This document shows positions 9,583 to 17,623 of a DNA stretch of 32,000 bases, piece by piece. The notes below the pieces were generated by a model. It saw only the letters and a program-made list of their open reading frames with translations. It did no database searches and had not been told where the DNA came from. Every line of letters starts with the position of its first letter. The first letter of the stretch is position 1. Both the position numbers and the translations under genes were made by a program. The stretch spans positions 210,001-242,000 of the forward strand of contig NC_010085.1 in assembly GCF_000018465.1 (NCBI RefSeq). Direction: 5' to 3'. This DNA is from Nitrosopumilus maritimus SCM1. GTDB lineage: Archaea > Thermoproteota > Nitrososphaeria > Nitrososphaerales > Nitrosopumilaceae.

Positions 9583-10500
9583 CTAATACACCGCAGTTAA
9601 CCAATGAGAATAGTCGTCATTTTTGTTCATTACAATGTCTGTATATTCTTCCATCATCTTCTTTGTAATGTCTCCAGGTTTGCCATTACTGACTTTCTTT
9701 CCATCAAGTGAAATTATGGGTGTGATCTCAGCTGCAGTTCCTGTTAAAAATACCTCATCAGACATTGCAAGCTCACTACGTGTAATGTCTCTTTCAACTA
9801 TTTCAATATCCAGATCTCTTGCAATTTTAATAACTGCATCGCGAGTAATTCCTTCTAGTGCAGCTGATGCTAATGATGGTGTTGCCATCTGACCCTCTCT
9901 AACAATAAAGATATTCTCACCAGGTGCTTCACTTACATTTCCGTTATGATCAAGTAATATTGCTTCATCTACTCCGTTTCTTTTTGCTTCTTGTGTTGCA
10001 ATGATTGAATTTAGATAATTTCCACCCATCTTTGCTTGAGGCGGAGTTGACATGTCTGAGAATTTTCTCCATGAGACAATTCCTGCAGAGATACCATTCT
10101 TGTTAAATAAATCCCCAAAAGGAAACGTAAACATTGCAACATTTGTTGGAGCTTTTTCAGTAACGTGAAGATTTATTCCGTAATCTCCTACAAAATAAAA
10201 TGGTCTAATATAACATGATTTTTTGATTTTATTTTTTTTGCATATTCCAATTATTGCTTCTGTAATTTCTTTGTCTGAAAAGTTTAATGAAATATTGTAA
10301 AACTGTCCTGATCTTCTAAATCGTTTTACATGTTCATCTAATCTAAACACATGAAGATTTTTTCCATTCCAATATGCTCTAATTCCCTCAAAGATAGATG
10401 TTCCATAATGTATTGCATGTGTTGTGATTGGAACTTGTGCTTTTTCTGTTAGAACATATTTTCCATCAAACCAAACATATTTTGAAAGTGGAAGTTTCAT
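9583..10500 (-). CDS. ilvE: Branched-chain amino acid aminotransferase (class IV PLP)
   Basis: VWFDGKYV, HYGTSIFEGIRAYW, YIRPFYF, LDHNGNVSEAPGENIFIV, FLTGTAAEITP. Confidence 0.92.
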   Translation of the reverse strand: MKLPLSKYVWFDGKYVLTEKAQVPITTHAIHYGTSIFEGIRAYWNGKNLHVFRLDEHVKRFRRSGQFYNISLNFSDKEITEAIIGICKKNKIKKSCYIRPFYFVGDYGINLHVTEKAPTNVAMFTFPFGDLFNKNGISAGIVSWRKFSDMSTPPQAKMGGNYLNSIIATQEAKRNGVDEAILLDHNGNVSEAPGENIFIVREGQMATPSLASAALEGITRDAVIKIARDLDIEIVERDITRSELAMSDEVFLTGTAAEITPIISLDGKKVSNGKPGDITKKMMEEYTDIVMNKNDDYSHWLTAVY

Positions 10501-10540
10501 AGAAAATTTTTTGCTGGATGCGTATTAATCTATTTTCAAT

Positions 10541-11920
10541 TTATTTTGTCTCTTTAATTTTAGGTAGCAAAATTGTAAAAATTGCCCCTCCTTCATCTAA
10601 ATTTTGAGCGTAAATTTTGCCATTATGAGCCTCAACAGCATTTTTACAACTAACTAGCCCTAGACCTGTGCCGTCTTGTTTTGTAGTGTAAAGTGGCTCA
10701 AATACTGCGTCCAGTAAATTTTCTGGTATTCCAGTTCCATTGTCTTTTACTGTAATTTTGTCGAATTCTCCCTCTATTTTATAATCAATTATTATCTCAC
10801 CTTGATTTTTTCCAATAGCTTGAACTGAATTTGAGATCATATTGATCAAAACATTTTGTAATTGAATTTTATCACACCAAATTTTTTCATTACTTTCTGA
10901 AATTGATATTTTGATATTTTCTGGTATTGAGATTGTATTTAATACATTATTTGATATTTCAGAAAATTCCACAAAGTTCCTTTCAGGTTCTTTTGCTTTA
11001 ACAAATGCCAGCACTTCGTCAATTTGATGGTTCATTCGAGTTACTCCATCTTGTATCATGTCAAAATATTGTTGATTTTCTTTAATTTTTTCAGGATTTT
11101 TCATTTTCATAACTGCTACTGCATTTTTTATTGTAGTTAACGGATTTCTCAAATCATGTGTAATTCTTGCAGACATTTCCCCGATAGTGGTGAGTCTCTC
11201 TGTTTTTACTAATTCATTTTGATATTTCTCAATTTTTTCTCCCATGTTGATAATTTCATCATAAAGCTCATTGATTTCGGGAATTTTTGATTTAATTTCT
11301 TGTTTTTGTAAATCTCCTTTTGAAATACTATCTATTTTTTCTTTAATTATTAGAATTGGATTGCTAATTGAACGACTAAGATATACTGCAACAAAAATAG
11401 ATATTCCGATAATTATTCCTGCTACTACAATAATTTCAGTAATTGTTTCTTGAATACTTTTTTCAATACTATTTGTTGAATAATCTATTACCAAAATCCC
11501 AATTTTCTCATTAAGAACTATTGAATTTGATACACGAATTATGTTATTATCAATCGTTACTGCCTCTTCATTACTTGTTATTGCATTTTGAATAAATTTA
11601 TCCTCAAAAGTTGTCCCATAATTGTAATCGTTATCAGTTCCATCCGTTAGTAAACGTCCATCAGGAAACAGGACTAAAACTTGCTGAATATTTTCATCTC
11701 CCTCCAAGTTATCTACTATCTCATTTAATGCATCAAAATCTAATTGATGCATTGGATTTCGCATTTCACTTTCAGTCAATTTACTTAATGATTGAACTTT
11801 TGATATTGTTAGTTCAAAATACTGATCACTTGCTATTTCTGAAATGATTGCCGCTGAAACTGATGTAGAAATTATTAATGGTAAAATTGTTATTAGTATA
11901 ATCCTTTGAGTTAACTTCAT
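10541..11920 (-). CDS. Membrane sensor histidine kinase (extracellular sensor domain, HAMP, HisKA, HATPase)
   Basis: Two TM segments, RSISNPI HAMP, ARITHDLRNPLTTI phosphoacceptor H-box, MISNSVQA N-box, DNGTGIPE and GTGLGL G-boxes. Confidence 0.92.
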   Translation of the reverse strand: MKLTQRIILITILPLIISTSVSAAIISEIASDQYFELTISKVQSLSKLTESEMRNPMHQLDFDALNEIVDNLEGDENIQQVLVLFPDGRLLTDGTDNDYNYGTTFEDKFIQNAITSNEEAVTIDNNIIRVSNSIVLNEKIGILVIDYSTNSIEKSIQETITEIIVVAGIIIGISIFVAVYLSRSISNPILIIKEKIDSISKGDLQKQEIKSKIPEINELYDEIINMGEKIEKYQNELVKTERLTTIGEMSARITHDLRNPLTTIKNAVAVMKMKNPEKIKENQQYFDMIQDGVTRMNHQIDEVLAFVKAKEPERNFVEFSEISNNVLNTISIPENIKISISESNEKIWCDKIQLQNVLINMISNSVQAIGKNQGEIIIDYKIEGEFDKITVKDNGTGIPENLLDAVFEPLYTTKQDGTGLGLVSCKNAVEAHNGKIYAQNLDEGGAIFTILLPKIKETK

Positions 11921-11921
11921 T

Positions 11922-12872
11922 TTATCTCAATGATTCCAATATTTTTCTAACTTGTTCTAGATCTTTTTCCAAATCTATTTCAGAAAATTGTGATGTGCGT
12001 GAAATTTTTCCAAGAATCTCAAGTGCTTCAGGAGTTTCATTCATTTCCAACAAGATTGTTTTCAGATTTTCTTGATCTTCAATATGATTTCCAACAAAAA
12101 CCATCTGTCTAGGTATGGAACCAGTTTTTTCAATCACTTTTACTTTTTCTTTAATGTTGGTTGGTATGTCTTCAAAATCTAAATTAGATGTGGCACCAAC
12201 ATCCCCTCTGCCTTCTAGAAGCCATATTGGAGTATTTTCATCATCTAAGCTAAATACAGGTGTGATGTTTTCTGATGAGGCATCTGCCACATAACCTGCA
12301 TTTTGAAGGTGCGTTAGTGGCAACAAATACCCAGATGTAGATTCTGTATCCTCAAAAACAATGGTTTTTCCATTCAGATCATCAAAAGTAATCTCTGATT
12401 CTATTGGCACTATGAATACAGAGTGGTATTCTCTATACCCTTCTTTCCATGACAACAACAATGGATTCATGTCAGCTTGTTCTGCTACTTTCATTCCAAT
12501 TAGAGGACTATCAAAGAAAATGTCCATTTCTTTATTGATTACACTGTTTATCATCCCTTCTTCGGTTCCAATAATTCTCACAACTCCCTTGTATGTGGTA
12601 TTCTCATCACTTAGTTTTTCAGCCACATAATCTGCTAATGGCTGATATCTTTTTGTCATTTTTACTGAATCTCTATGAATTGTTCCAATCGTGATTGTTT
12701 CATCAAATTCAAGTGGCAAATCCTGCAAAATGGTATCGTCTTGAACTGTTATTTCATCAGAATTTGTCATTTCACCTGATTCTAAAGAAAAAACCGCTGC
12801 AACTGAAATAATTCCAACCACTATTACTGCTAAAATTATTGGAATTTTCACTTCGCTTTCTCTCACCAACAA
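11922..12872 (-). CDS. PhnD/SsuA-like periplasmic-binding-fold protein with N-terminal membrane anchor
   Basis: N-terminal IPIILAVIVVGIISVAAVFSL; PhnD-like fold features ITIGTIHRD...KRYQPLADYVAEKL..., GKTIVFEDTESTSGYLLP; one nt upstream of the kinase gene. Confidence 0.8.
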   Translation of the reverse strand: MLVRESEVKIPIILAVIVVGIISVAAVFSLESGEMTNSDEITVQDDTILQDLPLEFDETITIGTIHRDSVKMTKRYQPLADYVAEKLSDENTTYKGVVRIIGTEEGMINSVINKEMDIFFDSPLIGMKVAEQADMNPLLLSWKEGYREYHSVFIVPIESEITFDDLNGKTIVFEDTESTSGYLLPLTHLQNAGYVADASSENITPVFSLDDENTPIWLLEGRGDVGATSNLDFEDIPTNIKEKVKVIEKTGSIPRQMVFVGNHIEDQENLKTILLEMNETPEALEILGKISRTSQFSEIDLEKDLEQVRKILESLR

Positions 12873-12903
12873 TGTTTTAAAAAGACTATTCTCTTTTCAT
12901 TTC

Positions 12904-13284
12904 ATGGCAATAACTGCAATTGTTGCAGAAGATGATGAGGCAAACCTAGAATTATTTTCAGAAATCCTTGAACTAAATAATGTCACTATATTATCTAAAG
13001 TTGTCAATGGCAAAGAAGCTGTAGACTCTTTTGAATCACAAAGACCTGATATTGTATTTCTAGATATTATGATGCCTGATTTTGATGGATTGTATGCCCT
13101 AGAAAATATTAGAAAAATTGATCCATCCGCTAAAGTAGTAATGGTAACAGCTGATACTTCATCTGAAAGTGAAGCCATTCTAGAAAAATTACAACCAAAT
13201 GCTGTAATTCATAAACCATATGAAGTTTCAACTATAACTCATATTATAGAAGATAAATTAGATCTAAAAATTCAATCAAATTAA
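12904..13284 (+). CDS. Stand-alone CheY-like response regulator receiver domain
   Basis: TAIVAEDDEANLELF, VFLDIMMPDFDG, VMVTADTSS, HKPYEV; 126 aa with no output domain. Confidence 0.92.
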   Translation: MAITAIVAEDDEANLELFSEILELNNVTILSKVVNGKEAVDSFESQRPDIVFLDIMMPDFDGLYALENIRKIDPSAKVVMVTADTSSESEAILEKLQPNAVIHKPYEVSTITHIIEDKLDLKIQSN

Positions 13285-13886
13285 TCTGTTGACCATCCTT
13301 CTTTAGGAAATTTCATTCCTGCAACTCTTCTAGTTGTATCTTCAACATTTGCAAATTCTTCTACTGTTTTCCAATTCTCTTCAATAATTTTTGCAACATT
13401 TTCAGTCACATCATCTTTCCATGATGTATTGTTTCCAGATACTGCATCATACAATTTTTCTTTTACAGATGAGGCTGAAAGAGATTTTCTCTCCCCTATC
13501 TTTGGATTTAGTCTGTAAATTTTTAACATTAATCCTTCTGCTTTGTCACCCGTATAGGAAAAATAATCTCCCTTTACTCCTCTTAACACTTGTTTTCTTA
13601 ATTTCCATGACTTTGGGGATAGTAATGGAGGAATGTATTTTTTGAATGGGGCAAAAAATGCATAATCTTCAGTAATCTCAATAGAATCTCCAAATTCTGA
13701 TTCTAGCATTTTCTTTCTAACTTCAAAACTAAATGGAAAACTCTTACTGTTAATCTCTTTTTCATTATTTTTGAAAACTACCGGCATTACCTTCACAACA
13801 TCTGCATCTTTTTTTAATTCCTCAATAATTTCTACATGAGCTTTTGTAACAGGATTGAGATGTGCAAGATATAGTGCAGTAATCAA
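13281..13886 (-). CDS. Divergent nucleotidyltransferase (cytidylyltransferase/NMNAT-like, T/HxGH superfamily)
   Basis: LAHLNPVTKAHVEII in place of the T/HxGH segment, SASSVKEKL resembling the ISTTxVR region. Confidence 0.6.
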   Translation of the reverse strand: MITALYLAHLNPVTKAHVEIIEELKKDADVVKVMPVVFKNNEKEINSKSFPFSFEVRKKMLESEFGDSIEITEDYAFFAPFKKYIPPLLSPKSWKLRKQVLRGVKGDYFSYTGDKAEGLMLKIYRLNPKIGERKSLSASSVKEKLYDAVSGNNTSWKDDVTENVAKIIEENWKTVEEFANVEDTTRRVAGMKFPKEGWSTD

Positions 13887-13938
13887 TTAGATTCACTAAA
13901 CAAATCTCATATTTCAATGATTGATTTTTTTAAAAATT

Positions 13939-14784
13939 CTATCCGTATGATTCGTACTTGACTTCAAAACTTCCGTCTTCACGTTTGTCATGTTCGGTAA
14001 CAAAGCCTTTTGGTTTTAAGAAGTCCATGACACCATCAATTGTACCTTGCCAACCACATACATAGAATATTGTATTTTCTTTAGTAATCTTATCTCCAAT
14101 CAATTCTTCTAATGGTGACATTCCATTATCTCTTGGTCTTAGGAATGTTTCAACTCTGCCTACTTGACCTGCCCATGATCTATTGAACCATTCTTGAGGT
14201 CTACTTATTGCTGCTCTGTATTTAAAATTCCATTCATCTTTTCCTCTTCTAATACTCTCATTTTCTAATTCAGTTAACAGATCCTTATAGCTTAATTCAT
14301 CTACATAACTGGCACCATGTAATACCACAATCTCTCGTTTGTCTCCTGAATCATGTAGATGCTGTGCAAAACTCACAAAAGGTGCAAGACCAGTTCCGCC
14401 ACCAATACAGATGATTCTTCTGTTGTCTTTTTCTCCATTTGGAAGTTCTTCATTGATTAACAATGCTCGTCCTGTTGGTTTTAACCAGAGAATCTCATCT
14501 CCTTCTTTTGCATTAAACAATTGTGTAGTTAGTCTTCCTGGAAGTGGTTTTCTTACCCATCTGATTACAAGTTCAACATATTCCCTATTTTCTGGATGTG
14601 ATGCAATTGAGTATGCCCTTCTTACAATTTTTCCGCCTTCAACAGGATTTGGTAATCCAAGTGTGATAAATTGACCAGCTTTGTACTCTGGAACTGGACC
14701 TTCTTTTGGAACTAATCTAATAATTACGAGATCTTCTTTTAATAACTGAACATATGTGATTGTTGCTTTGTTATCTACTACCAT
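13939..14784 (-). CDS. Ferredoxin-NADP(+) reductase-like FAD/NAD-binding oxidoreductase (copy A)
   Basis: RRAYSIAS FAD motif, GGGTGLAPFVS nucleotide-binding motif, YVCGWQGTIDGV. Confidence 0.88.
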   Translation of the reverse strand: MVVDNKATITYVQLLKEDLVIIRLVPKEGPVPEYKAGQFITLGLPNPVEGGKIVRRAYSIASHPENREYVELVIRWVRKPLPGRLTTQLFNAKEGDEILWLKPTGRALLINEELPNGEKDNRRIICIGGGTGLAPFVSFAQHLHDSGDKREIVVLHGASYVDELSYKDLLTELENESIRRGKDEWNFKYRAAISRPQEWFNRSWAGQVGRVETFLRPRDNGMSPLEELIGDKITKENTIFYVCGWQGTIDGVMDFLKPKGFVTEHDKREDGSFEVKYESYG

Positions 14785-14909
14785 AACGATTCAATCATAA
14801 TATTGACGGTTAAATATATTGTGTTAATTTCATACATCGATTTTGTGTTTGACCGCTAAACGTTAATAACCAATTTGAAAAATGTTAGTGATTCAGAATT
14901 CTGAATATG

Positions 14910-14983
14910 GGCCGGTCGTCTAGTCTGGTAGGATAGGTGCATGGCATGCATCGGATCAAGGGTTCAAATCCCTTCCGGTCCAC
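14910..14983 (+). tRNA. tRNA-Ala (anticodon GGC)
   Basis: GGGCCGG...CCGGTCC acceptor with the G3:U70 Ala identity pair, anticodon loop ATGGCAT, T-arm AAGGGTTCAAATCCCTT. Confidence 0.93.
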
Positions 14984-14985
14984 TT

Positions 14986-15522
14986 TTACTTTTTTAATTT
15001 TGAAAGCATTTTCAATAATTCAGAATCTGCATCTTTTGAAATTTCTTTGATTCTTTCTTCAGAAATTGAAAATTTTAGATTAATTATTGCATGTACTGCA
15101 CTTTTTCTTACTTCTACATTTGTATCTAAAACTGATTCTAGAAAAATTTCTTTTGCTACTTTAGCTTTTAGATGATTTAGTGCACCAATTGCACATGATC
15201 TTACCATAGAACGTTCATCTTTCGCAAGTTTTGTTATGTTGGGAATCGCATCAGTTTCATTTCTGTTAGCTAATGCTAGTGCGACAAAACCTCTGATATT
15301 CTTACTTGTTGAATTCAAATTTTGAATTAAAAAATCTGAAATTTTATTTTTATTTAATACAAGTGAGCTAAATGCTTCTCCTCGTACTTTGATATCATCA
15401 TCATCTAATTTTGAAATGATTTTTTCTAAAATTTCTGGACTGTCTGTTTTATCTAGTGTTTCTAAAATTTTGATTTTTTCTTCACTACTTCCAGATTCTA
15501 GAACTTTTACAATATTTTCCAA
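14986..15522 (-). CDS. HEAT-repeat protein
   Basis: 178 aa of tandem helical repeats (DDDIKVRGEAFSSLV, DERSMVRSCAIGALNHL, DTNVEVRKSAVHAIINL). Confidence 0.85.
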   Translation of the reverse strand: MENIVKVLESGSSEEKIKILETLDKTDSPEILEKIISKLDDDDIKVRGEAFSSLVLNKNKISDFLIQNLNSTSKNIRGFVALALANRNETDAIPNITKLAKDERSMVRSCAIGALNHLKAKVAKEIFLESVLDTNVEVRKSAVHAIINLKFSISEERIKEISKDADSELLKMLSKLKK

Positions 15523-15637
15523 ATTCTAAATAAAATCCTGTTTTCTAGTTAATATTAGTTCAAATCTTTCAAAAAAATTTGTTTAGACTAGAAAAAACAC
15601 TTTTAGCTTTAAATTATCCTTAAATACCAAATTTTCC

Positions 15638-15925
15638 ATGTCGACCGAAGCAAGAGACACCATATTCATTGGTAAAAAGCCATTGATGGCATATGTTACA
15701 TCAACATTAATTCAATTGGCAAACATACCATCCGTCAACATCAAAGCTAGAGGACTCAGCATTGGACGTGCTGTGGATGTAGCTCAAATCATTGCAAGAA
15801 AAACAGAAAATGCAGGATACTCTATCGGAGAAATCAAAATCGGCTCCGAATCTTTAGAGTCACAAGACGGTAGAACAAGAAACGTTTCAACAATAGAAAT
15901 TGAAGTAAAGAGAAATCAGGCATAA
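15638..15925 (+). CDS. albA: Alba-family DNA/RNA-binding chromatin protein
   Basis: FIGKKPLMAYVTSTLIQL, IKARGLSIGRAVDVAQIIARK, STIEIEVKR. Confidence 0.93.
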   Translation: MSTEARDTIFIGKKPLMAYVTSTLIQLANIPSVNIKARGLSIGRAVDVAQIIARKTENAGYSIGEIKIGSESLESQDGRTRNVSTIEIEVKRNQA

Positions 15926-15950
15926 CTGACTTTACTTGTAATTTTTTATT

Positions 15951-16817
15951 TTATTCTCTTTTTGAAAATCCGTACTTCTTTTCCATCTTCCTGAATTTTG
16001 AAAGTTCTACAAGATCATTGAATTGATCAAAATTAACTACTTTGTTTTTGTATTTGGAAGTCGTTCCTGTTTTCTTTAATTCTTGAAGTATGTTCATTGT
16101 GGCAAAAGTATTTGCAAACAATACTGATAACGGGTACAAAATTATTTTGAATCCCATTTTGTGCAAGTCTTGTGCTGAACTTATTGGAGTTGCTCCTCCT
16201 TCAATCATGTTTGCAACTAGTGGTGCCTTAATTGACTTTCCAATCTGTTTCATCTCTTCAATTGATCTTGGTGCTTCAACAAATACTGCATCTGCACCTG
16301 TTTTTTTATTTTGTAATCCTCTTTCTATTGCTGCATCCAGTCCTTCTGTTGCTCTTGCATCTGTTCTTGCAACAATTATGAAATCTTTACTTTCTCTTGC
16401 ATCAATTGCTGCACCAAGCTTTTCAGTATATTCTTCTTGTGACACAACTTCTTTTCCTTGCATGTGTCCGCATCTTTTTGGCCATCTTTGATCTTCTAGA
16501 AAAATTCCTGATGCCCCTGCAGATTCTAATTCTTTTACAAGCTTCCACACACTTAGTGCATTTCCATAACCTGTGTCTGAATCTACTATTACAGGAACTT
16601 TAACTGCTCTACAAATTCTCCTTGCATTGTCAACTGTTTCTGTTGCACCTATGAATCCATAATCTGGCATTCCAAAGAGAGTAGCTGATGTACCATATCC
16701 TGTTTGAAACATTGCATCAAATCCAACCTTCTCTGCAATTTTTGCACCAATTGCATCATAAACTCCAGGAATAATCAAAGGCTTGTTAGATTTTAGCATA
16801 CTACGTAAATTTTTCAT
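15951..16817 (-). CDS. Isocitrate lyase/PEP mutase superfamily enzyme, (methyl)isocitrate-lyase-like subgroup
   Basis: DSDTGYGN, FLEDQRWPKRCGHMQGK (KxCGH lyase signature), ARTDARA, VEAPRS. Confidence 0.85.
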   Translation of the reverse strand: MKNLRSMLKSNKPLIIPGVYDAIGAKIAEKVGFDAMFQTGYGTSATLFGMPDYGFIGATETVDNARRICRAVKVPVIVDSDTGYGNALSVWKLVKELESAGASGIFLEDQRWPKRCGHMQGKEVVSQEEYTEKLGAAIDARESKDFIIVARTDARATEGLDAAIERGLQNKKTGADAVFVEAPRSIEEMKQIGKSIKAPLVANMIEGGATPISSAQDLHKMGFKIILYPLSVLFANTFATMNILQELKKTGTTSKYKNKVVNFDQFNDLVELSKFRKMEKKYGFSKRE

Positions 16818-17019
16818 AAATTTACTTTTTTTCTGAATTATTTATGATTTTAAACAACTATCTAATTTACTATTGTCTTTTGTACCCATGAGTTTTTTAC
16901 AATTTCTTAATATCAAAAAATTTTACATTATGGCGACATATGCTATTTTTGATTCTCTTCTACCTCAGTATCATAATTCTTTGAAATAATTGATCGCTAT
17001 AGATTGTGAATTCTAAAAT

Positions 17020-17529
17020 TTAGTCGATTTTGATCTCTTTGCCTTTCTTTTCAACATCTTTTGCATCAATCTTTTTTAGTTCTTCTTGAAGAAATTTTCT
17101 GTATTTTTCAGTTTCTTCAGTAGTCATATTTGCAACATTTGAACTCAAGATTGCTCCCATTGATGATATTTTTTCCAACAAGTCCATTGCTACAAATCTT
17201 CCAACATTTCCTAATCTGAAAAGAACATCTAATTGCTTTTTTACAATGTCATTGACTTTGTCTACGTCTTGTGCAGTTTCAGCACCTTTCTCTGTTAGTT
17301 GATACTTTCCATCTTTAGTTTCTTGAATTAATCCTTCATCTAACAATCTTCCTAACAATGGATAGATCAGACCTGGTGATGGTTTCCAAATTCCATTACT
17401 TTGTTCAACTGCATAATCGATAATCTCTTTTCCAGTTTGCTCTTTTTTCTTCAATAATTCTAGAATGAAGTATCTTGAAAATCCTCTTGGAACTGAACTT
17501 CCTACTCTTTGAAACCACTCAGAAATCAT
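17020..17529 (-). CDS. PadR-family transcriptional regulator
   Basis: N-terminal winged helix (YFILELLKKKEQTGKEIIDYAVEQSNGIWKPSPGLIYPLLGRLLDEGLIQE) and C-terminal helical region. ATG at 17529 preferred over GTG at 17544. Confidence 0.88.
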   Translation of the reverse strand: MISEWFQRVGSSVPRGFSRYFILELLKKKEQTGKEIIDYAVEQSNGIWKPSPGLIYPLLGRLLDEGLIQETKDGKYQLTEKGAETAQDVDKVNDIVKKQLDVLFRLGNVGRFVAMDLLEKISSMGAILSSNVANMTTEETEKYRKFLQEELKKIDAKDVEKKGKEIKID

Positions 17530-17551
17530 CACTAGTGATATCACTAGTGAT
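17528..17551. promoter_or_regulatory. Perfect 24-bp palindrome made of two adjacent ATCACTAGTGAT palindromes; probable operator at the padR start
   Basis: ATCACTAGTGATATCACTAGTGAT read directly. Followed by TATATAT (about 17551-17557), which is a plausible minus-strand TATA box 22-28 nt from the padR ATG. Confidence 0.6.
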
Positions 17552-17623
17552 ATATATGAGCATTTTGGATCACGCCTAGCAATTACTACATATTTATCCC
17601 GCCCTAAGCAAGTTTGTCTTAAA

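Noticed and set aside
11922-12872. Phosphonate/phosphate ABC transporter locus
   Set aside because: Only a membrane-anchored binding protein is present. The adjacent gene is a histidine kinase and no permease or ATPase gene is in the window.
14339-14674. Plus-strand 111-aa ORF within FNR-like copy A
   Set aside because: Antisense shadow ORF in a conserved flavoprotein gene.
16090-16491. Plus-strand 133-aa ORF inside the isocitrate-lyase-family gene
   Set aside because: Antisense to a strongly conserved enzyme; coding signal belongs to the minus strand.
15951-16817. Possible phosphoenolpyruvate mutase (PepM) for phosphonate biosynthesis
   Set aside because: PEP mutases carry EDKxxxKxNS, while this protein has EDQRWPKRCGH, the lyase signature. 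No phosphonopyruvate decarboxylase or MpnS gene nearby.
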